Positions 44,366 to 53,465 of a stretch of DNA of 64,000 bases are shown piece by piece (the first letter of the stretch is position 1; each line of letters starts with the position of its first letter). Under the pieces are notes generated by a model. That model was not told the origin of the DNA, ran no database searches, and saw only the letters and a program-made list of their open reading frames with translations. Origin of the DNA: Candidatus Binatota bacterium (lineage in GTDB: Bacteria > Desulfobacterota > Binatia > UBA1149); NCBI GenBank assembly GCA_012960245.1, contig DUBO01000050.1, positions 38,039 to 102,038 of the forward strand, written 5' to 3'. The position numbers and the translations under genes are program-made.

Positions 44366-44544
44366 GGGGCACCGATGGTTGCCAATAGGCCCAAACGCGT
44401 GGAGTTTCAAGAGCGGTACGCGACGCGCGAGACAAGTATGCGAGAAACAAGCAGAGTTGAATGCAGGTTCGGTCGGTGCCATCGGTTGGTGTGAGCGGCA
44501 CTCGCCTCCGGGCGGGGCCGGCAGCCTGGGAGGAAGAGCTGAAA

Positions 44545-45816
44545 ATGGAAGCAAAGCCGGTTTCGGCTGAACTCTTTGAACGTGCGTGCCGTTGTATGCC
44601 CGGCGGCGTCAACTCGCCGGTGAGGGCCTGGTCGGCGGTGGGCGGTGTTCCGCGCATCGTGGAGTCGGCGGCGGGTGTTGAGCTCTGCGATGTTGATGGC
44701 TGTCGGTACCTGGATTTTACGGCCTCCTGGGGGCCGCTGATCGCCGGCCACGCCCACCCGCGGGTGGTCGAGTCGGTGTCAGCAGCGCTGGAAAAGGGCA
44801 GCAGTTTCGGCGCCACAACGCGTGGAGAAATAGAGCTTGCGGAGCGCTTGTGCAGCCGTTTTTCCTCGCTGGAGAAGCTGCGCCTGGTCAGCTCCGGCAC
44901 AGAGGCGACCATGAGCGCGCTGCGCCTGGCGCGGGCGGCCACCGGCCGCGACTCGGTAGTCAAGTTTGCCGGTTGTTATCATGGCCACAGCGACGGGTTA
45001 CTGGTGCGAGCGGGTTCGGGCGCCACCACCCTGGGCATTCCCGATAGCCTGGGTGTGCCGGCGGCCGTGGGTGGGCTTACGCGGGTGGCACGCTACAACG
45101 ACCTCGAATCGGTGCGCGTCGCCTGCGACGGCGAGGTAGCCGCCGTCATCGTGGAGCCGGTGGCCGGCAACATGGGAGTAGTGCCGCCGCGCGAAGGCTT
45201 TCTGGAGGGCCTGCGCGAGATAACCGAATCAACCGGGGCGCTGTTGATCTTTGACGAGGTGATAACCGGCTTGCGCCTGTCGCCCGGTGGATGGCAACAG
45301 TTGTCGGGGGTGACGCCCGACCTGACCTGCCTCGGCAAGGTGATAGGCGGCGGCTTGCCGGTGGGTGCCTACGGCGGGCGCGCTGACCTCATGGACCAGG
45401 TGGCACCCAACGGCCCGGTCTACCAGGCGGGCACCCTGTCGGGCAATCCGCTGGCCGTGGCCGCCGGCCTGGCCACCCTCGACCTGCTCGAGGAAGACGG
45501 CAGCTACGAGAGACTCGAGGAGCTTGGCAAGCGACTGGGCGACGGCTTGGCGCAGGCGCTGGCGGGCAACGGTTGCGTGCAGCGAGTCGGCTCGATGCTG
45601 ACGCTTTTTTTTGGCGTCTCTGACGTGGCCGATTACGACGACGCACTAAGCCTGGACGCCGATGCTTACGGGCGCTTCTTCCACGCGATGCTGGACCGCG
45701 GAGTGTGGCTGCCGCCGTCGGGCTACGAGGCCTGGTTCGTGTCGATGGTTCACAGCGATGAGCATGTCGACCGTGCGGTCGAAGCGGCTGGCGGCGCGAT
45801 GGCGGAGATCCTGTGA
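44545..45816 (+). CDS. hemL: glutamate-1-semialdehyde 2,1-aminomutase HemL
   Basis: MEAKPVSAELFERACRCMPGGVNSPVRAWSAVGG...; PLP-dependent aminotransferase class III. ATG 44545 with GGGAGGAAG upstream. The ORF track extends to 44461. Confidence 0.9.
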   Translation: MEAKPVSAELFERACRCMPGGVNSPVRAWSAVGGVPRIVESAAGVELCDVDGCRYLDFTASWGPLIAGHAHPRVVESVSAALEKGSSFGATTRGEIELAERLCSRFSSLEKLRLVSSGTEATMSALRLARAATGRDSVVKFAGCYHGHSDGLLVRAGSGATTLGIPDSLGVPAAVGGLTRVARYNDLESVRVACDGEVAAVIVEPVAGNMGVVPPREGFLEGLREITESTGALLIFDEVITGLRLSPGGWQQLSGVTPDLTCLGKVIGGGLPVGAYGGRADLMDQVAPNGPVYQAGTLSGNPLAVAAGLATLDLLEEDGSYERLEELGKRLGDGLAQALAGNGCVQRVGSMLTLFFGVSDVADYDDALSLDADAYGRFFHAMLDRGVWLPPSGYEAWFVSMVHSDEHVDRAVEAAGGAMAEIL

Positions 45817-46073
45817 ACGAGCCCGGCGTGAACGAGGACCGGGGCGGCTCGCTCAAGGCCCTTGGACTTGGCTGGAGCCTGGGCTGGCGCGTGGTGGCCG
45901 GCGCCCTGCTGGGCTACCTGGCCGATGCTTACCTGGGCAGCGGGCCCTGGCTCGCGTTGTTGGGTGGGCTGGGGGCAATGGTAAGCGGCGTGCGCAACAT
46001 GCTATCCGTGTTGGGCCCCGACCCTGCGCAGGATTCATCGCTGGACCCGGGGTCGAGCGATGAAGGCACTTGA
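45813..46073 (+). CDS. atpZ: AtpZ/AtpR-like small membrane protein (putative F0F1 ATP synthase accessory subunit)
   Basis: GTGA overlap with the hemL stop. Two predicted TM helices (LGLGWSLGWRVVAGALLGYLADAYLG...LALLGGLGAMVSGV). Position immediately upstream of atpI-atpB-atpE. Confidence 0.55.
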   Translation: MNEPGVNEDRGGSLKALGLGWSLGWRVVAGALLGYLADAYLGSGPWLALLGGLGAMVSGVRNMLSVLGPDPAQDSSLDPGSSDEGT

Positions 46074-46485
46074 TCTCGTAGAGCGCGATACGGCGCTGCT
46101 CGTGTTGGCGCTGGCCGTGGCCAGCTGGGTCGCCGGGCTCGGCAACGCCATCAGCGTGTTGCTGGGTGGTGGTTTCATGGTTATCAACTTTCGCGTCATA
46201 CGGATGTTGGTCGCCCGGGCGCTCGGTGGCCGCAAGCAGGCCGTGGCCGAGGGATCAACCGGTGCAGCCGAGTCGCCGTCAGCGTGGCGAACCTGGCCAC
46301 TGTTTGTTGGTAAGCTGCTACTTGGAATTGCGCTTATAGCCGGTGTGCTGTACCAGTTTCCCGTTGAGCCGCTGTCGTTTGCTGCGGGCACAACCGCCCT
46401 CCTGCTGGTCATATTGCTGCGGGGGCTCAGCGGTGGCCTGGCGGACGAAACTGGCACGAGCGAAAGCAGCCCGACGGAGAACTGA
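46060..46485 (+). CDS. atpI: ATP synthase protein I (AtpI-like)
   Basis: Small hydrophobic four-helix protein (LLVLALAVASWVAGLGNAISVLLGGGFMVINF...). Precedes atpB. Confidence 0.6.
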   Translation: MKALDLVERDTALLVLALAVASWVAGLGNAISVLLGGGFMVINFRVIRMLVARALGGRKQAVAEGSTGAAESPSAWRTWPLFVGKLLLGIALIAGVLYQFPVEPLSFAAGTTALLLVILLRGLSGGLADETGTSESSPTEN

Positions 46486-46487
46486 CC

Positions 46488-47294
46488 TTGAACAGCAAAG
46501 CGAGAAGGATCACCGCCACGTCGCTGTTTATCGGCCTGGCTACAGCTTTCACGCTGGCCGTTGTCCTGGTAGAGCCGGCCCGCGCATCGGGCGGAGTGAC
46601 CTGGTTTGCTCTGATCCCAGGACTCAACACCATCTGGCCCCACACCGTGGGTGCCACCCTGGTATCGGTGCTGCTGGTTTTGTTTGCCTGGGCCGCCGGT
46701 CGCCAGCTCGAAGCAGCGCGTGGGCGCGGCACGGCCCTGGTACCTGACGAGAACCTGAGCCTGCGCAATGCGGCCGAGCTCCTGGTCGGCGCCGTTCACT
46801 CGATGACCGAGGGTGTCCTGGGCAAATCGGGCAAGCAGTACGCGGCCCTCTTCGGCACGTTTTTTATTTTCATACTGATGGCCAACCTGCTCGGTCTCGT
46901 GCCGGGTTTTGCTCCGCCCACCGACAACTTCAACATTACTTTCGCGCTGGGCATCGCGTCGTTTCTCGGTTTCAACGCCATCGGCATACGCCGACAGGGC
47001 TTGGTCAATTACGCCAAGCACTTCGTAGGCCCGGTGTGGTGGCTGGCGGTGCTCATGGTTCCGCTCGAACTCATAGACACCATGGTCCGCCCGGCCTCGC
47101 TCGCACTTCGACTCGCGGGCAACATGACCGGCGACCATCTCGTGCTGGCGATTTTCACCGATCTCACCAAGTTCGTGATCCCGGTGGCTTTCTATTTCCT
47201 GGGGGCTTTCGTGTCCCTGGTCCAAGCTTTTGTATTCACCCTGCTTTCAATCATCTACGTGTCGCTGGCCATTGGCCACGCCGACGAGCACTGA
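46488..47294 (+). CDS. atpB: F0F1 ATP synthase subunit a
   Basis: TTG start. ...LGLVPGFAPPTDNFNITFALGIASFL...VPLELIDTMVRPASLALRLAGNMTGDHLVLAIF. The essential Arg in LRLAGNM. Confidence 0.9.
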   Translation: MNSKARRITATSLFIGLATAFTLAVVLVEPARASGGVTWFALIPGLNTIWPHTVGATLVSVLLVLFAWAAGRQLEAARGRGTALVPDENLSLRNAAELLVGAVHSMTEGVLGKSGKQYAALFGTFFIFILMANLLGLVPGFAPPTDNFNITFALGIASFLGFNAIGIRRQGLVNYAKHFVGPVWWLAVLMVPLELIDTMVRPASLALRLAGNMTGDHLVLAIFTDLTKFVIPVAFYFLGAFVSLVQAFVFTLLSIIYVSLAIGHADEH

Positions 47295-47424
47295 TTGGAC
47301 GACGACTTTCAAGGGTGGAATTCGAAACAACTTCGTTGCGGTCGGTGGTTGATAGAGGAGTGGTTGGTAGAGGAAAGAGGATGGATGTCGGGCCGTAGAA
47401 ACGCAGCGTGATAAGGAGAAAACA

Positions 47425-47745
47425 ATGAAGAAGATGAAGACTTTCGTATACGCGGCAACTGCTTTCGTGGCTGCTTCGCTGGTGGCTACACCGGCGATGG
47501 CTGCCGATGGCGGCGGCGGTGCTGGTGGAATGATAGCGCTCGCGGCAGGCATCTGCATGGGCGTGGCGGCTTTCGGCGCGGCGCTCGGCCAGGGCCAGGC
47601 CGTTGCAGCGGCCATGGAGTCGATAGGGCGTAACCCCAACTCGGCCGACCGTATCCAGACACCGATGATCATCGGTATCGCTTTCATGGAAGCACTGGGC
47701 ATTTACGCCCTGGTGGTTGCCTTCCTGCTGGTGGGCAAGGTCTGA
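47425..47745 (+). CDS. atpE: F0F1 ATP synthase subunit c
   Basis: AAGGAGaaaacaATG. Hairpin protein with GIAFMEALGIYALVVAFLLVG (conserved carboxylate E). Confidence 0.9.
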   Translation: MKKMKTFVYAATAFVAASLVATPAMAADGGGGAGGMIALAAGICMGVAAFGAALGQGQAVAAAMESIGRNPNSADRIQTPMIIGIAFMEALGIYALVVAFLLVGKV

Positions 47746-47793
47746 CAGGCGGGATATTGACCTGGCCAACGGGCTTCCGTTGGCTGGTGAACG

Positions 47794-47827
47794 GGCGGGG
47801 ATCGACAGCGGTCCCCGCCTTTTTTAT
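47794..47827 (+). terminator. rho-independent terminator after atpE
   Basis: ggcgggga tcgacagcgg tccccgcc hairpin (8-bp perfect stem) followed by tttttta. Confidence 0.75.
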
Positions 47828-47841
47828 GGGCTCTTCGCGGG

Positions 47842-48405
47842 CTATCGCCCGGCCGCTTCTATCTCGGCCCTGGTCGCCAGCGCCACCACCGAGTCGCAAC
47901 GCTTCGCGAGATGGGCCATCCCGTCGTTCTCCTGGCGGTCGACCACGGTGACGATGAGCGAGACCCGGCCGCCGGCTTCTTCCACGGCGTCGACGGCCTG
48001 GAGCGTTGAGCCACCGGTAGTGACCACGTCCTCCACGAGGGCGATGCGTGCGTCGGGTCGAAAACGACCGTCGAGTTTTGCCGCCGTGCCGTGATCCTTG
48101 ACGTCACGGCGAACAAAGAAGCCGTCCAGCGGCTGGCCCAGGCGAGCGGCCTCGCACAGCGCTACCGAAACCAGAGGCACTGCGCCTATCGCCATGCCAC
48201 CGACCAGTTCGACCTCGTTGGCAACCAGGATCTCGGCCACGGCCGTGCCCAGCAGGCTCGCTCCCTCGGAGGACATGACGGTCTGCTTTACGTCGACGTA
48301 GAAGTCGCTGGTCTGTCCCGAGGCCAGGGTGAAACTGCCACGTCGCCACGAGAGGCGGGCGAGCAGTGCGGCTACTTCGGCCCTTGTGTTGGTCGTTTTT
48401 GCCAT
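47842..48405 (-). CDS. pyrE: orotate phosphoribosyltransferase PyrE
   Basis: FTLASGQTSDFYVDVKQ..., PRPP-binding VALVEDVVTTGGS. Confidence 0.85.
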   Translation of the reverse strand: MAKTTNTRAEVAALLARLSWRRGSFTLASGQTSDFYVDVKQTVMSSEGASLLGTAVAEILVANEVELVGGMAIGAVPLVSVALCEAARLGQPLDGFFVRRDVKDHGTAAKLDGRFRPDARIALVEDVVTTGGSTLQAVDAVEEAGGRVSLIVTVVDRQENDGMAHLAKRCDSVVALATRAEIEAAGR

Positions 48406-48462
48406 CGTTATCTATTCCTGCGCGCTGGGCGGCGTCAGCACAAGTGGCGGCCGCCCGGCGGG

Positions 48463-49605
48463 CTATTTCTTGAGCAGGTTGCGGGCGATCACCATGCGCT
48501 GGATCTGCGAGGTTCCCTCGTAGATCTGCAGCAGCTTGGCGTCACGCATGAGTTTTTCTACGGGGTACTCTTTCATGTAGCCGTAACCACCAAAAATCTG
48601 CACGGCGTTTATCGCGATCTGCATGGTACGGTCGGCGCCGAAAGCCTTGGCGTAACTGGCCACTATCGAGGCCGGTTCACCCTGGTCTATGCTCCAGGCC
48701 GCTTTCCACGTGAGCAGGCGCATGGCTTCCACTTCTATGGCCATGTCGGCGAGCATGAACTGTATGGCCTGGAAGTTGGCTATGGGCTCGCCGAACTGCT
48801 TGCGCTCGAGCGCGTAGTCACGGCTCTCTTCGAGTGCCCGCCGGGCGATGCCGATACACATGGGGCCTATCTGCGGCCGCGTGCGGTCGAAGGTCTGCAT
48901 GGCTATGCGGAAGCCCTCGCCCTCGTTTCCCACGAGCGCGTCGAGGGGCACCCGCACCTGGTCAAAACTGATTTCGGCCGTATCCGAACAGCGCTGGCCC
49001 AGTTTGCCTGTCATCTTGGTGGTCGTCACGCCGGGCGTGTCGGCCGGCACGACGAAACAGGCGATTCCGCCGTGGCGTTCCGAAGCGTCACGGGTGGCGA
49101 ACACCGTGAACCAGTCTGCCTCGGTGCCGTTGGTTATGAAGTGTTTCACTCCGTCGAGTACGAAGTGGTCGCCGTCGCGCTTGTAGCGGGTCGTCATGCC
49201 GGCCACGTCGGACCCCGAGCCAGGTTCGGTCAGGGCGTAACCGGCAAACTTGAAATCGCTGCAGAGGCTGCCCAGGAAGCGCTGCTTCTGCTCTTCACTA
49301 CCGGCTATGAGCAGAGGCGTGGAGGCCAGCCCGTTGGCCGTCATTATGGTACCGACGCCCGAACAGCCGAAGTTGATTTCTTCCATCACCACGACCGCGT
49401 CGAGCACGCCGAGGCCCACGCCACCGTACTCGGCCGGGATCTCGAGGTTCATCAGGCCAACGTCCCAGGCCTTGCGCAGAACTTCCGTCGGAAACTCCTC
49501 GGCCTCGTCGTATCGGCCCGCTACGGGAATGATTTCTTTGGCCGTAAAGTCTCTCGCGGTTTCGCGTAACTGTTTCTGTTCGTCGGTCAGGTCAAAGGCT
49601 ATCAA
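48463..49605 (-). CDS. acyl-CoA dehydrogenase
   Basis: 380 aa. ...YALTEPGSGSDVAGMTTRYKRDGDHFVLDGVKHFITNG..., QIFGGYGYMKEYPVEKLMRDAKLLQIYEGTSQIQR. Confidence 0.85.
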   Translation of the reverse strand: MIAFDLTDEQKQLRETARDFTAKEIIPVAGRYDEAEEFPTEVLRKAWDVGLMNLEIPAEYGGVGLGVLDAVVVMEEINFGCSGVGTIMTANGLASTPLLIAGSEEQKQRFLGSLCSDFKFAGYALTEPGSGSDVAGMTTRYKRDGDHFVLDGVKHFITNGTEADWFTVFATRDASERHGGIACFVVPADTPGVTTTKMTGKLGQRCSDTAEISFDQVRVPLDALVGNEGEGFRIAMQTFDRTRPQIGPMCIGIARRALEESRDYALERKQFGEPIANFQAIQFMLADMAIEVEAMRLLTWKAAWSIDQGEPASIVASYAKAFGADRTMQIAINAVQIFGGYGYMKEYPVEKLMRDAKLLQIYEGTSQIQRMVIARNLLKK

Positions 49606-49677
49606 GTGTTCCTCCGGCGTTCGAGTATCCGGATATGAAGCCGTGAACGCGTCGCGCAGTCCAGTGACCAGGGCGGT

Positions 49678-50619
49678 GTGGCGCGTTTGCTGCGGTCAGC
49701 GGCGCGCGCTAATGCGGCAGCTGTGAAAGACGGCGACACTGTGGGGCCCGGAGAGGCACGATGGTCAACGATCGCGGTGCTGATGGGGCTGGCCGCGGGC
49801 GTGTTCATGACCGCAGCCGGATTGATGACCGGGGGTTCGAGGCACAGCTCGGGGCTGGCGCCTGGCATTGCGGCTACGGTGAACGGCAGGGAGCTTCTGG
49901 TAGAGGACCTGGAACGGCTGGCCGCCGGCCTGGCGGCCGAAGATCGTGTCGTTACTCTCGAAGATCGGCAGAGAGTACTCGATCGCATGGTCGACGAATC
50001 CCTGCTGCTGGGCAGGGCGGTTGAACTGGGCCTGGTCGGCCGCGACCCGGCGGCCCGCAAGGCGCTGGTGTCGGCGGTGGTTGATTCGGTGGTGACCGAC
50101 AGCAGCGACCTCGACCCTGGTGACGAGCAACTACGGGAGTTTTTCGAGGACAACCGCGACTACTTCCGCTCCTCGCCGCGGTTGGTGGTCGAGCAGATGT
50201 TCTTCAGCAGTGGGCGAGCCGGCCTGGACCATGCGCTGCGCGCTGACAAGGCGCTTGCCCGCTTGCGCGCGGGAGAGTCAGCAGAGTTGGTGGCCCGCGA
50301 GCTGGCCGACCGGTCGGCGCTGCCCCTGCCGGCCCAGCCGCTGCCGCCGGCGAAGCTGCGCGACTACCTCGGACCCACCGCCGTGCGCACCGCCATGGGT
50401 CTCGGCGAAGGCGAGTACAGTGAGGTGCTGCCCGGCGTTGGTGGCTCGCGGGTGCTGCGGCTTCTCGGGCGCGTGGAGGCGGCCGAGCCAGCGTTCGAGA
50501 TGAGCAGAGCGCAGGTGCTGAACGAGTACCGCCGCCGCGCCGGGGATGACGCCCTGCGGGCTTACATCGATCGCATGAAGCGTCGGGCGAGCGTCGAGAT
50601 TGCCGAGGGCTACAGGTGA
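49678..50619 (+). CDS. hypothetical periplasmic protein with SurA-N/PpiD-like chaperone-type domain (no PPIase domain recognised), N-terminal membrane anchor
   Basis: TM AVLMGLAAGVFMTAAGLM, then ATVNGRELLVEDLERL...RQRVLDRMVDESLLLGRAVELGL..., reminiscent of SurA N-terminal domains. Start codon uncertain. Confidence 0.4.
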   Translation: MARLLRSAARANAAAVKDGDTVGPGEARWSTIAVLMGLAAGVFMTAAGLMTGGSRHSSGLAPGIAATVNGRELLVEDLERLAAGLAAEDRVVTLEDRQRVLDRMVDESLLLGRAVELGLVGRDPAARKALVSAVVDSVVTDSSDLDPGDEQLREFFEDNRDYFRSSPRLVVEQMFFSSGRAGLDHALRADKALARLRAGESAELVARELADRSALPLPAQPLPPAKLRDYLGPTAVRTAMGLGEGEYSEVLPGVGGSRVLRLLGRVEAAEPAFEMSRAQVLNEYRRRAGDDALRAYIDRMKRRASVEIAEGYR

Positions 50620-51893
50620 CCCTGGTTCGACGGTCTCCTCCCGGCGGGCTGATCGTCATCGGGCTGCTGATCTTCCTGGTGTCGGCCGTGCTGTGGGAGG
50701 CCGACCCTGCCCAGGCCCATGATCGCAGCATCTCGTGGTCGCGCTGGTGGGTCAGCGGGAGTGAAAGTGGTACGCAGCTAAGCGCACGCCTGCGGTTGCG
50801 GGCTTTCGATCTTGAGCGTTATCGCAGTGGGGCACAGCTGTTCGGTGGAAGAATGCCTGTGCAGCTCGCGTCCCAGTTGGCGGTCACGGTAGACGGCCAC
50901 CGCTGCAAGGCTCATTCGGCCCGGCGGCTGGCGGGGTCGCCCGATCTTGCCCTGTTTGAGTGGGAGCTCGACTGTCCGGCCCAGGGCGTGGTGGTCATAC
51001 GCAGTGACTTGCTGGCACCGTTGCTCCCCCAGCACATGAACATGGGGCGGTTGTTTGACGCCGAGGGCAAAGAGCACGAGTTTCTGCTGGGCGCGGGGCG
51101 GCGCAGCTGGACGCAAGCAAGCTCCGGCCCGTCGCAGGAGCAGGCTTCATCGTCGGCCTGGGACGATTTCGTGGGCAGTGGTTTTCTCCACGCCGTGGGC
51201 GGGTACGACCACCTGGTGTTCCTGCTGGCCTTGCTGCTCGGCGGCACGGCGTTCAAGGAAATGCTGGCGGTGGTCACCGGCTTCACGCTTGCTCATAGCC
51301 TGACCCTGGGCTTGACCGTGACCGGCCTGCTGCGCCCGGACGCGTACGCTGTCGAGGCACTGATAGCGTTGTCGATAATTATAGTGTCGGTGGAGAACGC
51401 CTGGCTGGCCGGTGGCCGCTCTTCAACACTTACGCGCTGGACGCCATTGTTCATAGCCGTCCTGGCGCTTCCCGCGGCCATGGGCCTGCTCGCCGTTTCG
51501 GTAACGAGCATGCTCGGAATGGCTGTGTTTTCGGCTTGTTACTTTCGCCTGCTCGGCGGTAGCGACAGGCCCGGCCGCCTGCGCTGGTTCTGCGCGGTCG
51601 TGTTCGGCCTGCTGCATGGCTTTGGTTTTGCCGGGGCACTGCTCGAAGACAGTCGCGCGCAGGCGTCGATTCTCTCGGCACTGGTGGGCTTCAACGTCGG
51701 CGTAGAGCTGGGACAGCTGGCGGCACTTTCGTTGATGTGGCCCCTGCTCGGTTTTGCCGAAGGCTTTGCCCGGCGAGTGGGCGGAGCTCCCGCCGTGAGG
51801 GGGCTGACCAGGGTGGGTGCGGCCACGACGCTCGCGCTTGGTACCTGGTGGTTTACCGGCCGCGCTTTTCAGCAGCTGGCCATCGGTGGCTGA
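50616..51893 (+). CDS. HupE/UreJ-family membrane protein with a large N-terminal periplasmic domain
   Basis: GTGA coupling to the upstream gene. C-terminal six-TM region with GFLHAVGGYDHLVFLLAL and GLLHGFGFAGAL (HupE/UreJ signatures). Confidence 0.55.
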   Translation: MTLVRRSPPGGLIVIGLLIFLVSAVLWEADPAQAHDRSISWSRWWVSGSESGTQLSARLRLRAFDLERYRSGAQLFGGRMPVQLASQLAVTVDGHRCKAHSARRLAGSPDLALFEWELDCPAQGVVVIRSDLLAPLLPQHMNMGRLFDAEGKEHEFLLGAGRRSWTQASSGPSQEQASSSAWDDFVGSGFLHAVGGYDHLVFLLALLLGGTAFKEMLAVVTGFTLAHSLTLGLTVTGLLRPDAYAVEALIALSIIIVSVENAWLAGGRSSTLTRWTPLFIAVLALPAAMGLLAVSVTSMLGMAVFSACYFRLLGGSDRPGRLRWFCAVVFGLLHGFGFAGALLEDSRAQASILSALVGFNVGVELGQLAALSLMWPLLGFAEGFARRVGGAPAVRGLTRVGAATTLALGTWWFTGRAFQQLAIGG

Positions 51894-51917
51894 CTTGTGG
51901 GCGCAACAGGCGCTGCG

Positions 51918-53375
51918 TCAGGCGGGGTCGTCGCTGGCCGGGGAATCTTCGGCCGCCGGGTCTTCGTCGCCAGCGGGCGCCTGCCCCGGCGCGGGCGCCA
52001 GTAAAACGCGGGCTATACGCCGGCCCTGCATCTCGGTGACGCGGCCGCGGTAATCGCCTATTTCGAACACGTCGCCAGCGCGGGCGATTCTGCCCAGCTG
52101 GTCAGTAACGTAGCCACCCATGGTATCTGAATCGCTGCCAGTGTCTTCGATGTCGAGCTCGCGGCAGAGGTCTTCGACCAGGAGCATGCCATCGATCAGT
52201 ATGCCGTCGTCGGTGTGCAGGATCTTGGCTTCTTCGTCAGTGTCAAACTCGTCCTGTATTTCGCCGACGAGTTCTTCGAGCACATCTTCAAGCGTGACCA
52301 GTCCGGTAGGCACGCCGTACTCGTCCACCACCAGGGCCATGTGGGCCCGGCGGCGCTGGAAGTTCCTCTGAAGCACGTCGATGGCCTGGGTCTCGGGTAC
52401 AAACTGCATCTCGTGTTGGAGCAGCCGCAGGTCTTCTGAAGACTGCAGGCTGTTGGCGCGGTGAAAGAGATCCTTGATGTGGATCATGCCCACGACACTA
52501 TCCAACCCGGTCTCGCACAGTGGATAACGGGTATGGCTGGTTTCGTGGATGATGGTCATGTTTTCTTCGAGGCTGCGTTCAAGGGAGATAAAATCGATCT
52601 GGTCGCGGGCGATCATTACCTGCCGCGCGTTGTGGTCAGAGTACTCGATCAGGTTTCCCAACAGGCGCCGGTTGCTTATTGACAAGCGGCCCAGGGTGGA
52701 AGGTTCGGCCAGAAAAATCTGCAGCTCCTCGGCGCTCATGGATTCGTACTCGTGGTCGGCCTCGGTCACGCCAATCATCGAAAGCAGGGCCTGGGCGAGG
52801 CGGTTCATCACCGCGAGCAGTGGCGACGAAAGGCGGGCCACGAAGTGTAGCGGCGGCGACATCCACATTGCCACTTTCTCGGTACGGCGCAGGCCGAGAA
52901 ACTTCGGCGCCAGCTCACCGGCTATCACCAGTGTCACGGTGATGAATACGAAGGCCAGCAGCAAGGCGAGCAGGTGAACAAAAGCGGGAGAGGCGAGACC
53001 GGCAGGCGCCAGCAGTTGTTCGATCTTGCTGGCGAGCGCCTTTTCTGCGATTGCGCCTATGGCGAGGCTGGCTGCTGTTATCACGAGCTGGCCGGCGGTT
53101 ATGTGGCGATCAAGATCGTTGAGGACTTTTTCCAACACGGCTGCTCGCCGCCGGCCGTTGCGAACGAGGGTTTCTACCCGGCTCCGACGCACGGTGACGA
53201 TCGCGAACTCGGCGGCCACGAAGCAGGCGTTGACCAGCAACAGCCCGAGGGCCGTCAACAAGGCTGTAGTTTCGTTCACTGGATTTGCTGTCGCTGGCCG
53301 AAAGTCCGGATAGCCGGTGCCGGCGATGGAGGTTGGTCTGGGTCGTTCATCAAGCTTTTGCAGACTCACTTCCAT
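51918..53375 (-). CDS. CNNM/CorC/TlyC-family transporter (DUF21-CBS pair-CorC_HlyC) with an acidic Pro/Asp-rich tail
   Basis: LLVNACFVAAEFAIVTVRRSRVETLVRNGRRRAAVLEKVLNDLDRHITAGQLVITAASLAIG, then a CBS pair and the CorC C-domain. Confidence 0.8.
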   Translation of the reverse strand: MEVSLQKLDERPRPTSIAGTGYPDFRPATANPVNETTALLTALGLLLVNACFVAAEFAIVTVRRSRVETLVRNGRRRAAVLEKVLNDLDRHITAGQLVITAASLAIGAIAEKALASKIEQLLAPAGLASPAFVHLLALLLAFVFITVTLVIAGELAPKFLGLRRTEKVAMWMSPPLHFVARLSSPLLAVMNRLAQALLSMIGVTEADHEYESMSAEELQIFLAEPSTLGRLSISNRRLLGNLIEYSDHNARQVMIARDQIDFISLERSLEENMTIIHETSHTRYPLCETGLDSVVGMIHIKDLFHRANSLQSSEDLRLLQHEMQFVPETQAIDVLQRNFQRRRAHMALVVDEYGVPTGLVTLEDVLEELVGEIQDEFDTDEEAKILHTDDGILIDGMLLVEDLCRELDIEDTGSDSDTMGGYVTDQLGRIARAGDVFEIGDYRGRVTEMQGRRIARVLLAPAPGQAPAGDEDPAAEDSPASDDPA

Positions 53376-53465
53376 TTAAGCCACGAAGGAGCCGCGTTGC
53401 AAGCACCGTGGAGTCATGGCTGGATAGGGAATCGTTTCCGGTGACCCCGGGCGGGTAAATACGTC

